Shown here: positions 18,500-25,238 of the stretch, piece after piece
Position numbering within the stretch: position 1 is the stretch's first letter
Layout: the number at the start of each line of letters is the position of its first letter
Virus record (IMG/VR): IMGVR_UViG_3300025284_000002
Coordinates: 1-43,380 of that record
From: a virus
DNA: 43,380 nt
Reading direction: 5' to 3' (one strand)
Translations under genes and position numbers: made by a program
Notes under the pieces: generated by a model
What the model was told of the DNA's origin: nothing
What the model saw: only the letters and a program-made list of their open reading frames with translations
Database searches by the model: none

Positions 18500-18651
18500 C
18501 ACAGCCACCTCCAAACCACCACCCCACCCCCCAGAAGCGCGAGAGCCCCTGCTGCTGGCGAGTAGTTGAAGATGAAGGCGATGACACCGAATACAGCGCC
18601 TGCACACAGCAAGACGAGGATTCCGTTGAATAGCTGCATCAGGCCGGTCAT
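18499..18651 (-). CDS. 50-aa two-TM membrane peptide
   Basis: MTGLMQLFNGILVLLCAGAVFGVIAFIFNYSPAAGALALLGGGVVVWRWL. It has ATGA overlaps on both sides. Confidence 0.45.
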   Translation of the reverse strand: MTGLMQLFNGILVLLCAGAVFGVIAFIFNYSPAAGALALLGGGVVVWRWL

Positions 18652-19019
18652 GCGGCACCGCCCTTGCTCAGCGCCTTGATGCGAACGCGCAGCCAGCCAG
18701 CCTTCTCGGCGAGTGCAGCGCAATCAATCGCCGCTTGGTGGATCTCGTAGGGCTTGGAGCGCACGCGCTGGGTCTTGGCCTTCAGCGCCCACTCTTCCTC
18801 GCTCCATGGCTTGATCGGCTTGCCGCCGGCGTTCTCGGCCATGGCGACCAAGCGCTTATGCCCCTCGATTGCGTCCTCGCGAGCGCCGGGCGGGATGCCT
18901 TCGACGGCCCAGCCCTTGTGATACTCGCCGGGCGCGCCCTTGCTGGACTTCGCCGGCGTTGCCGTGCGGGCCGTCGTGTTGACCGGCTCGCCGTTGATGT
19001 TGACGAATTGCAAGCTCAT
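18648..19019 (-). CDS. Hypothetical early protein (123 aa)
   Basis: Track ORF. A GGGGAGGGGAG Shine-Dalgarno-like sequence lies immediately upstream of the ATG. Confidence 0.65.
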   Translation of the reverse strand: MSLQFVNINGEPVNTTARTATPAKSSKGAPGEYHKGWAVEGIPPGAREDAIEGHKRLVAMAENAGGKPIKPWSEEEWALKAKTQRVRSKPYEIHQAAIDCAALAEKAGWLRVRIKALSKGGAA

Positions 19020-19068
19020 CTCCCCTCCCCAACCTCAAGCACTCGGCCATCTCGGAAGAGAAGCCTGG

Positions 19069-20661
19069 TCATGCGGCCTCCGCGATGGTTTCGATGTGGT
19101 CGACGATGGCGGCGCAGATGGCCGGGAAGTCGTCGGCTGCGTACAGGACCGCGGCTCGCTCCTTGCCGACCGGCTCGAAGCCCAGCGCGCGCAGGGCGTC
19201 GACGCTCAGCGTCAGCGGCGCCAGTCGCTCGTTGATCGTGCCGAGCTTCAGCGTTGCGGCTGGTGCTTCTGCCTTCTTGGCCGGCGCGGGAGCCGGGGCG
19301 GTCGCCGGCGCTGCGGCCTGGGCGACCACGGCGCGCGTTGCTTCCTCGGCCGTCTTGCGCTTGGCCTCGGCGGCTTCGAACTCGGTGACGCGCTGGGCGA
19401 TGACGGCGGCCAGGTCGTCGGGGGCCTTCAGCACCAGCTGGCGCGCGTCGGGGAACAGCGGCGCGTACTGCGGGCGGGCCTCCAGCGCTACCAAGTTCGC
19501 GCGAATCTTCTCGGCCGTGGCGTTGGCCTCGATCTTGGCGTTGGCCAGCGCGGTCGAGACGGCGTCGCGCATGCTGTCCAGGTTCTTCTTGCCCTTGATG
19601 GCGCCACCGAAGTCCACGGGCTGGGCCGGCATCCAGGGGCGGCCGAGCGACTCGTTCAGGGCGTTCAGATGGTCGCGCAGGCCGTTGACGCCCTCGGCGA
19701 CGATCTCGCCTCGGATTGCCTCCTTGCGGGCTTTGACGAGCTTGTCCAGATCCAGGCGGACGCGGCGCGCCTCGGCGCCGATGTCGTCGATGGTGCGGAA
19801 GAGTGCGTCGATGCTCTCGGTTTGGCTCAGCGCGTGCTGCTTGGCGCCGGCGAGGCGCTCCTCGACATCGCCGCACCACTTCACGGCCTTCTCGGCGTCG
19901 GCGAAGTCCTGGTCGGTCTTGAGGTCGCGGTTGATGGAACTGAAGACGGCGAGGGCGTGCTCCTTGAAGGGCGCCAGGTTGCTCGCCGTCACCGCGCCGG
20001 TGACTTCGATGCGCAGGGCCGGCAGGGATTCGGGCGTGCGGCCGGTGACGACTTCGACGGCCTCGGGTGCCTCGTAGGCTTCCAGGTCGGCGGCCAGTTG
20101 ACGCCAGCCGGCGTCGATCTTGGCGCGCAGTTCGAGGTCCGGTGTGTACCAGCAGTGGCGCTCCTCGACGAGCTCATTGCCCTTCCACTTCGACGCCATG
20201 AACAGCGTGCGGCCGGCGCCCGAGACCATGCACTGCTGCTCCATCTGGATCAGGTACATCGGCGCCAGGAACTCGTTCGCGTTGCCGCCCTGCTGACGGA
20301 TCGAGGAGCGCAGGTCGTCGTTCAGCGTCTTGTGCTCGAACGCGGTGTCCTCGGCGATGGTCAGGCCGTCGAAGGAGGCGGAGAGGCGACCCTCGGTTCC
20401 CGTGACGGGGTACAGGTCTTCGCCGATGATCTCCTCGGCCAGCGGGCGGGCCAGGGCCTCGAAGCGGTGCCCGTCGTCGAAGCGGCGCTGCGTGGCGGCA
20501 TCGACTTCCTGCGAGAGGCCGGTCTTCAGGCGCGCGATCAGCTGCGTGCGCGTCTCGTAGGGCGAGCAGCCCATCATGGCCGGCGCGTCGCTGGCGTTGA
20601 AATGCTGGGCGCGGTGAGCCAGCCAGGCGGGCGAGCCTTGGATGAGGTCGTGCGTCTTCAT
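19069..20661 (-). CDS. YqaJ-type (lambda Exo-like) recombination exonuclease with a C-terminal coiled-coil extension of about 330 aa
   Basis: The N-terminus QGSPAWLAHRAQHFNASDAPAMMGCSPYETRTQL is the YqaJ signature. The remaining roughly 330 aa are helical and Ala/Glu/Lys-rich. Confidence 0.85.
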   Translation of the reverse strand: MKTHDLIQGSPAWLAHRAQHFNASDAPAMMGCSPYETRTQLIARLKTGLSQEVDAATQRRFDDGHRFEALARPLAEEIIGEDLYPVTGTEGRLSASFDGLTIAEDTAFEHKTLNDDLRSSIRQQGGNANEFLAPMYLIQMEQQCMVSGAGRTLFMASKWKGNELVEERHCWYTPDLELRAKIDAGWRQLAADLEAYEAPEAVEVVTGRTPESLPALRIEVTGAVTASNLAPFKEHALAVFSSINRDLKTDQDFADAEKAVKWCGDVEERLAGAKQHALSQTESIDALFRTIDDIGAEARRVRLDLDKLVKARKEAIRGEIVAEGVNGLRDHLNALNESLGRPWMPAQPVDFGGAIKGKKNLDSMRDAVSTALANAKIEANATAEKIRANLVALEARPQYAPLFPDARQLVLKAPDDLAAVIAQRVTEFEAAEAKRKTAEEATRAVVAQAAAPATAPAPAPAKKAEAPAATLKLGTINERLAPLTLSVDALRALGFEPVGKERAAVLYAADDFPAICAAIVDHIETIAEAA

Positions 20662-21491
20662 TGTGCTGCGCCCTCTGCCACGACGGTTGCGCGGATGATG
20701 GCCAGCTGCTCGTCGGTGAGCGCGCCCTTCGTCGACACGGTCGCGATGACCTGTTCGGCCGTCTTCTTGCCCGACTCGATCAGTGAGCGCCAGGCCGGCA
20801 GGTTCTTCTGGAAGGCCTCGTCCGAGTAGACCGGCAGACCCTTGGGCTCGGCCGGCGCGTCGTTCTCATGGCGCGCCAGGTGGTCGCGCAGCGCGTCGTC
20901 CATGTCCTCCAGATCCTGTGCGAAGCAGTCGCTGGCGGCGGTGACGTTCAACACCATGGCCATCTTCGCCCGCTTGTTCGCCATCTTCAGGACGGTGTTG
21001 GCGATGTCGGCTGGCTCGGTGCGGATCTGCTCGACCTTGTAGGTGCTGCCGCCCTTGCCGCGGGCGTGCTTGACGCGGCGCAGGTTGGCCGGCGTCTCCT
21101 CGAACTCCTCCTTGCAGACGGCCTTGCGCCACTTGTACTTTTCTTCGCCGCTGGAGGCTTCGCCCAGGCCCGAGCCCAGCACGGAGCCGGTCATCTGGTG
21201 CTCGCCGATGCAGGTCACGCGGTAGCGCACGCAGTCGGCCGTCGACAGATCCTCGACGACGTACTTGTCAGCGATGCGGAAGACCATGCACAGCACCTCG
21301 GCGCCGGCCTTCAGCAACGTCGGCTTGTCGCCGGCGCCGGGGATCTTCCCGTAGTGGACTTCGGGCTTCATCACGGCGCGCATAACTTCCTGCACCGTGG
21401 AGACGTGAGCGATGATGTCGGCAACGGCCATCCGGCCCGATGCCTGGGCGTGCGCAAGGGCGTTGGCTTCCTGTTTGACTAGAGCGTTCAT
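20658..21491 (-). CDS. Putative single-strand annealing protein (partner of the exonuclease)
   Basis: ATGA-coupled upstream of exo. The GKIPGAGDKPTLLKAGAEVLCMVF motif is recalled from phage SSAP families. The family was not resolved. Confidence 0.55.
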   Translation of the reverse strand: MNALVKQEANALAHAQASGRMAVADIIAHVSTVQEVMRAVMKPEVHYGKIPGAGDKPTLLKAGAEVLCMVFRIADKYVVEDLSTADCVRYRVTCIGEHQMTGSVLGSGLGEASSGEEKYKWRKAVCKEEFEETPANLRRVKHARGKGGSTYKVEQIRTEPADIANTVLKMANKRAKMAMVLNVTAASDCFAQDLEDMDDALRDHLARHENDAPAEPKGLPVYSDEAFQKNLPAWRSLIESGKKTAEQVIATVSTKGALTDEQLAIIRATVVAEGAAQ

Positions 21492-21694
21492 TTGAGGACG
21501 TAGTTCTTGATGACGATGACGACGGCCGCGACCAGGGCGACCGATGCGATGGGCAGGACGGCCCAGACGGTCAGGGCGACGCCGCGGTCGATGCGGGTCT
21601 TGATCGGCGGGTCTTGCGGCTCGGGGTGGCCGTCGTTGGCTGCTTTGGTGGCGGGCCGCATGTAGCTGCGGCCTACTCGGGCTACGGTGGTCAT
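21488..21694 (-). CDS. 68-aa protein with a C-terminal TM helix
   Basis: Start MTTVARVG at 21694 (ATGA coupling). C-terminal VWAVLPIASVALVAAVVIVI. Confidence 0.5.
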   Translation of the reverse strand: MTTVARVGRSYMRPATKAANDGHPEPQDPPIKTRIDRGVALTVWAVLPIASVALVAAVVIVIKNYVLK

Positions 21695-21945
21695 TGCGCG
21701 CTCCGGCCGCGAGCCAGTTGACGACGCACGAAGCGTTGGTTGCGGCGCTTGACGCCGGCGTTCCAGGCGGCGATCTCGCGGGCTTCGGCGGTGCGGCTGG
21801 GAGCGTCGGCCTCCCACATGGCGATGCGGCGCTTCTGGGCCTCGCTGGGCTCGGAGCGGCTCGGCAGAGCGAGGGCGCCGCCGGCGCTCATGCCGATCAG
21901 GGTGGCGATGAGGGCGCGCATCTTGGAGCTGTGGACGGTGTTCAT
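21691..21945 (-). CDS. 84-aa secreted small protein
   Basis: Start MNTVHSSKMRALIATLIGMSAGGALA (signal-peptide-like) at 21945, ATGA-coupled. Confidence 0.5.
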   Translation of the reverse strand: MNTVHSSKMRALIATLIGMSAGGALALPSRSEPSEAQKRRIAMWEADAPSRTAEAREIAAWNAGVKRRNQRFVRRQLARGRSAQ

Positions 21946-22109
21946 TGCTGCTGTTCCTTGAGTTGATTGAGGCGGATGAGGCTCTTGGCGGCTGCGTCGG
22001 CGATGGCTTGGTGGTACTCGGCAGCTGCCGCGTGCTCCAAGTGGCGGCGCTTGGCTTCGTAGATCTGCTGCGCGAGGATCTTTTCGGGGCTGGTGGGTGC
22101 AAAGAACAC
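21942..22109 (-). CDS. 55-aa ORF not in the track (M/VFFAPTSPEKILAQQIYEAKRRHLEHAAAAEYHQAIADAAAKSLIRLNQLKEQQQ)
   Basis: Hand-translated. GTG start preceded by AGGAG at a 5-nt spacing. Its stop overlaps the next ATG (ATGA). Confidence 0.4.
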   Translation of the reverse strand: MFFAPTSPEKILAQQIYEAKRRHLEHAAAAEYHQAIADAAAKSLIRLNQLKEQQQ

Positions 22110-22117
22110 GCTGACTC

Positions 22118-22210
22118 CTATGCGTAGAGGTAGACAACCGCCGCAGCCAGCAGGCCGACGACGAACAGGTAGGGGAGGTGCCGCGCGAAGTCGGCGTCAA
22201 GGTCGTTCAT
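22118..22210 (-). CDS. 30-aa hydrophobic micro-ORF (MNDLDADFARHLPYLFVVGLLAAAVVYLYA)
   Basis: ATGA-coupled to the upstream gene. Very short, so tentative. Confidence 0.3.
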   Translation of the reverse strand: MNDLDADFARHLPYLFVVGLLAAAVVYLYA

Positions 22211-22410
22211 TCCTCGATCCCCATCTCGCGACGAGCGCGCTGGTTGATGTAGGCGCGGTGGCGCTGGGTCTGGGCGGCCTTGATGCGGGCTCCCAGGCGA
22301 AGGAAGTGCTGCACTCGGTCGTGGAAGTGGGCGGCTTCGTGCTGCGAGGCAGAGGCCGGGCAGATGGCGCGCAACTCGCCGAGCTCGACGAAGGTGCGGG
22401 GGATGGTCAT
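22207..22410 (-). CDS. Hypothetical early protein (67 aa)
   Basis: Start MTIPRTFVEL at 22410 (ATGA coupling). Confidence 0.5.
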   Translation of the reverse strand: MTIPRTFVELGELRAICPASASQHEAAHFHDRVQHFLRLGARIKAAQTQRHRAYINQRARREMGIEE

Positions 22411-22598
22411 ACCCACCACCTAGCACGGCGAACGTCACCACTGACCATGCGCAGGCTGCCGAAGTCATCGACGACGGCGTGACCGTCGAGGGCGCCCGGG
22501 CCGTAGCAGTCATCGAGGGCCGGCGAGCAGCAAACGAACCAGAAGCGGTAGTCGCGAGTGGAGCGGAACCACTCGAAGTGGGCGCTGCGATCGCTCAT
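22407..22598 (-). CDS. Hypothetical early protein (63 aa, Trp/Cys-rich)
   Basis: Track ORF in the coupled chain. Confidence 0.5.
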   Translation of the reverse strand: MSDRSAHFEWFRSTRDYRFWFVCCSPALDDCYGPGALDGHAVVDDFGSLRMVSGDVRRARWWV

Positions 22599-22909
22599 AC
22601 GGCGCTCCCGGTGGCCTTGGCGATGGCGGCGCGGATGTCGTCAAGGCGAAGCTCCCGCTGTGCGCTTGGCGTATAGCCTCGGGCGACTCGCTCAACCCGA
22701 ATGAGTGCGGCCAATAGCTCAGGAGCGGCGGCGATCAGGCGGGCGTCGTCAATGCGCATGAACCCACAGAGCCCAAAGCCGCGCTCCGTGTCATCGTCGG
22801 GAAGGAAGCCGCAACCACCGCTGATGGAGTGGTATTCATCGGATAGGACGTGCTCCATCCCTGGACCGTCAAGAAGCCACGGCCCCGGCGTGTGCTTGGC
22901 GGCGCTCAC
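22595..22909 (-). CDS. Conserved phage protein with HTPGPW ... ARLIAAAPELL motifs
   Basis: GTG start at 22909 (GTGA overlap with the upstream stop). The motif pair is recalled from widespread phage hypothetical proteins. Confidence 0.55.
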   Translation of the reverse strand: MSAAKHTPGPWLLDGPGMEHVLSDEYHSISGGCGFLPDDDTERGFGLCGFMRIDDARLIAAAPELLAALIRVERVARGYTPSAQRELRLDDIRAAIAKATGSAV

Positions 22910-23103
22910 GGCAGCAGCCCCCAATGCGAGTCCGCCCCTTGAGTGGCACGCTCCCATGCGTCATCCCCCACAACCCCGGGCAGCTCGTCAACGACGATCC
23001 CCTGCAGGTCTTGGGCTCGCATCTCCGCCTCTTCATGAGGGGCGAGGGCCTTCTGGCGCGCGGCGCGCAGGGCGGCCATGGCTTCGGCTCGGTAGAGGCT
23101 CAC
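22906..23103 (-). CDS. Hypothetical early protein (65 aa)
   Basis: Track ORF, 4-nt overlaps on both sides. Confidence 0.5.
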   Translation of the reverse strand: MSLYRAEAMAALRAARQKALAPHEEAEMRAQDLQGIVVDELPGVVGDDAWERATQGADSHWGLLP

Positions 23104-23303
23104 GCCGGCTCCTTCAGCATCTCGTCGGCCTGGTCGAAGGACACGCGGCGGACCTTGGCCAACGCAGCGCGGTATTCGTCGTCGGGGAGGTCGAGGATCG
23201 CGGCGCCGAGGCTGGCGTAGATGCCCGTCAGTGCCGCCTTCACGTACTCGCGGCGGACCTGGTCGGTGCCCTGCGGTTGCGACTGCCTTCTGGTGGTTGC
23301 CAT
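23100..23303 (-). CDS. First gene of the leftward early operon (67 aa, basic N-terminus)
   Basis: AAGGAG Shine-Dalgarno sequence 7 nt upstream of the ATG, directly downstream of the PL-like promoter. N-terminus MATTRRQSQPQGTDQVRR. Confidence 0.6.
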   Translation of the reverse strand: MATTRRQSQPQGTDQVRREYVKAALTGIYASLGAAILDLPDDEYRAALAKVRRVSFDQADEMLKEPA

Positions 23304-23342
23304 CTGGTCACTCCTTGCAGCGGGATTGCTGCGTTGAAGTGA

Positions 23343-23371
23343 ATTACACCAGACGGTGTTTCGCGTGTCAA
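23343..23371 (-). promoter_or_regulatory. PL-like promoter: TTGACA-N17-TGTAAT (minus strand)
   Basis: Read on the minus strand as ggtgTTGACAcgcgaaacaccgtctggTGTAATtc. Both hexamers overlap operators. Confidence 0.55.
23346..23359. promoter_or_regulatory. Operator ACACCAGACGGTGT (left, overlaps the -10)
   Basis: One of four ACACC-N4-GGTGT palindromes found in the window. Confidence 0.65.
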
Positions 23372-23384
23372 CACCAAAAGGTGT
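23371..23384. promoter_or_regulatory. Operator ACACCAAAAGGTGT (left, abuts the -35)
   Basis: Second palindrome, centred 25 bp from the first. Confidence 0.65.
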
Positions 23385-23395
23385 CTATGCGAAAG

Positions 23396-23418
23396 TTTTT
23401 TGTCGGAGTGACAAAAAA
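23396..23418. other. AT-rich perfect hairpin/palindrome ttttttgtc-ggagt-gacaaaaaa
   Basis: 9-bp perfect stem read directly. It sits between the repressor-operon terminator and PL. Confidence 0.5.
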
Positions 23419-23435
23419 GTCTTTGGCCCAGGCCA

Positions 23436-23460
23436 ACAAAAAACCCGCTCAATGGCGGGC
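23436..23460 (-). terminator. Intrinsic terminator of the repressor operon
   Basis: The minus strand reads gcccgc-cattga-gcgggttttttgtt. Confidence 0.75.
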
Positions 23461-23486
23461 TTTCCTAGCTGGGCGGGGCGTCGGCT

Positions 23487-23882
23487 CTATTGCTCGATCT
23501 CGTATCGCGCCCAGAGCTCTTGCATGCGGGTCTTGGCGTCCGCGTAGGCCCGGTCGGCGTTGTTCTTCGTGCCGACCTGCAGAGTGGTGAGCGCGCTCAT
23601 GCTCGCTACCCAGGCTGCGTAGTAGTCCTTGAGGCGTGCGCTGCGCGCGCCGCTGTTGCCGGCAAGTGCCGAGGGGAATGAAGCCTTTGCTTTAGAAAGC
23701 TGTTGGTCGACGCAGGTGCGCGTCGCCTGGTAGTGGGCGTCATCGCCGAACATCTGGGCCGAGCTCATGCGGAAGGCGCAAGCGTCGTAGGCCTTGCCAG
23801 CATCCCGGGCCCACGATTGCGCATCTTGTGCGTGCGCGCATGTGCCGACCAGAAGGGCGGCGATGCAGGCGAGCGTTTTCAT
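23487..23882 (-). CDS. Secreted periplasmic protein (131 aa), lysogeny-expressed cargo
   Basis: Signal peptide MKTLACIAALLVGTCAHA-QD (AxA cleavage site). Helical mature part with 2 Cys. GGAGG Shine-Dalgarno sequence. Followed by its own terminator. Confidence 0.7.
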   Translation of the reverse strand: MKTLACIAALLVGTCAHAQDAQSWARDAGKAYDACAFRMSSAQMFGDDAHYQATRTCVDQQLSKAKASFPSALAGNSGARSARLKDYYAAWVASMSALTTLQVGTKNNADRAYADAKTRMQELWARYEIEQ

Positions 23883-23883
23883 G

Positions 23884-24189
23884 TCATCCCCTCCGTAGCC
23901 GGCGCGGAAGCCGGTCGAGAACGTGTTGCGGCGCGGAGTAGCGTGGCTTCTTCAGGAGCCCCATCTGTTCACAGAACAGATCCAGTCCCTTGGCCGCAGC
24001 GTTCGCGGCCTGCTCGGGCTTGTCAGCGAAGCAGCCTGCGGCGTACATGACCTGCCGGCCTGATGCCGTCTCGGCCATGCCGACCCAGCCGACCAATTCA
24101 CCGCACCTTGCCAACGCGAGCTGGCGTTCGAGTTCGGCCACCAGCTCCGGCCGAACGGTCCTGTTTTTCAACGCGATCACTTGTCCCAT
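23884..24189 (-). CDS. Hypothetical protein (101 aa) co-transcribed with the repressor
   Basis: ATG at 24189 (MGQVIALKNR...). It overlaps the repressor 3' end out of frame. Third-codon-position GC by hand over 18 codons favours this frame (14/18 against 9/18). Confidence 0.6.
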   Translation of the reverse strand: MGQVIALKNRTVRPELVAELERQLALARCGELVGWVGMAETASGRQVMYAAGCFADKPEQAANAAAKGLDLFCEQMGLLKKPRYSAPQHVLDRLPRRLRRG

Positions 24190-24679
24190 TGCTCTGACGA
24201 CCTTCCTCAACAACGACGGCGACGATGCCGGGTGTTGATTCTTTGCCTACTTTGTTGCCAGGGGAGAGCAATAGGTCGAGCCGGCGTGCAATATTGCCCG
24301 CGTCGGCGTTCCCATCGAACAGGCGGGTCACCAGAGATTCGGCCTGCACTCGGGTTAACTCGTCCACAGAGTTGAGGAGGGAGGCCATCAATAGAAACAT
24401 TCGTTCTACGTCTCCTTCCGCGTGCGATACGAAGACCTGCGGAGACGCCTTCGGTAGCGCGATCGGCGGCTCGCCATCGTCGCGTTGCTGGTCCAGCGCG
24501 CCGCGGGGTAGGCCCAGGCCTTCTTCCAATTTCCTGGCCGCCTTCTCCCCGAACGATTTCTTGCCGCGGAGCATGTCGGCCCAGTAGCTGACGCGGCCGC
24601 CGACCTTCTCAGATAGGTGCGTCGGCGACAGATTGAGCGCCCGCAGATTTTCGAGACGGATGAGGGTGTCGTCGTTCAT
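24098..24679 (-). CDS. XRE/cI-type HTH repressor without an S24 peptidase domain
   Basis: Start MNDDTLIRLENLRALNLSPTHLSEKVGGRVSYWADMLRGKKSFGEKAARKLEEGLGLPRGALD. No Ser/Lys LexA-like C-terminal domain. No Shine-Dalgarno sequence upstream. Confidence 0.8.
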   Translation of the reverse strand: MNDDTLIRLENLRALNLSPTHLSEKVGGRVSYWADMLRGKKSFGEKAARKLEEGLGLPRGALDQQRDDGEPPIALPKASPQVFVSHAEGDVERMFLLMASLLNSVDELTRVQAESLVTRLFDGNADAGNIARRLDLLLSPGNKVGKESTPGIVAVVVEEGRQSNGTSDRVEKQDRSAGAGGRTRTPARVGKVR

Positions 24680-24702
24680 GCGCGAATTAGATTCAGGGAA
24701 TG

Positions 24703-24716
24703 ACACCGAAAGGTGT
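24703..24716. promoter_or_regulatory. Operator ACACCGAAAGGTGT (right, abuts the -35 of PR)
   Basis: Third ACACC-N4-GGTGT palindrome. It shares GGTGTTGACA with the PL copy. Confidence 0.65.
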
Positions 24717-24745
24717 TGACAAACCGAGACACCGTATGGTGTACT
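24716..24745 (+). promoter_or_regulatory. PR-like promoter: TTGACA-N18-TGTACT
   Basis: Same architecture as PL. The -10 ends 6 nt before the cro-like ATG. Confidence 0.5.
24729..24742. promoter_or_regulatory. Operator ACACCGTATGGTGT (right, overlaps the -10)
   Basis: Fourth palindrome, centred 26 bp from the third. Confidence 0.65.
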
Positions 24746-24751
24746 CGGCGC

Positions 24752-24979
24752 ATGGACCTCCGAACCTACTTCCTCAGCCTCAGCAATGAAGAGCGCGGGG
24801 CGCTCGCCGGGAAGTGCGGCGTCGCTGCGAACCACCTCCGCAACTGCGCCTATGGCACTCGGCGTCCGTCGCCCGAGCTCGCCGTCCTCATCGAACGTCA
24901 CTCCAAGCGCGCGGTGACCCGGCAGGAAATGTTCCCCGACACGTTCAAGCAGACGTGGCCCGAACTGCGGGCCGCCTGA
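24752..24979 (+). CDS. Cro/YdaS-like HTH regulator
   Basis: The sequence MDLRTYFLSLSNEERGALAGKCGVAANHLRN...LAVLIERHSKRAVTRQEMFPDTF fits the YdaS/Cro-like pattern. Divergent from the repressor. Confidence 0.7.
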   Translation: MDLRTYFLSLSNEERGALAGKCGVAANHLRNCAYGTRRPSPELAVLIERHSKRAVTRQEMFPDTFKQTWPELRAA

Positions 24980-25013
24980 CCCATCCACCACCACGCAATC
25001 CGCAGAGGGACTC

Positions 25014-25232
25014 ATGACGACAGCACGCAACATGCCGAATGGCAAGAAGACCGAAGCCATCACGCTTCGCCTGTCCGAGCGCGACGAGCAGCGCCTGAAG
25101 CTCATCGCCGGCTCGGCGGGCATTCCTACTGCGATCTGGGTGCGCGTTGCGGTGTTGAAGGCCATTGCTGAATCGTCGCTCGACGAGGCGTCCTTTGACA
25201 ACCTTAGTTCAAGCGACTTTGCGCCCCTCTGA
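25014..25232 (+). CDS. Ribbon-helix-helix (CopG/Arc-like) protein in the cII position
   Basis: EAITLRLSERDEQRLKLIAGSAGIPTAIWVRVAVLKAI has a beta-strand plus two-helix pattern. Confidence 0.55.
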   Translation: MTTARNMPNGKKTEAITLRLSERDEQRLKLIAGSAGIPTAIWVRVAVLKAIAESSLDEASFDNLSSSDFAPL

Positions 25233-25238
25233 GCGGCC

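Noticed and set aside
18940-20829. A 629-aa plus-strand ORF over the recombination module
   Set aside because: It is antisense to the YqaJ exonuclease and annealing-protein genes, which carry clear signatures. Its composition is Gly/Arg/Leu/Val-rich, with no motifs and no coupling to neighbours.
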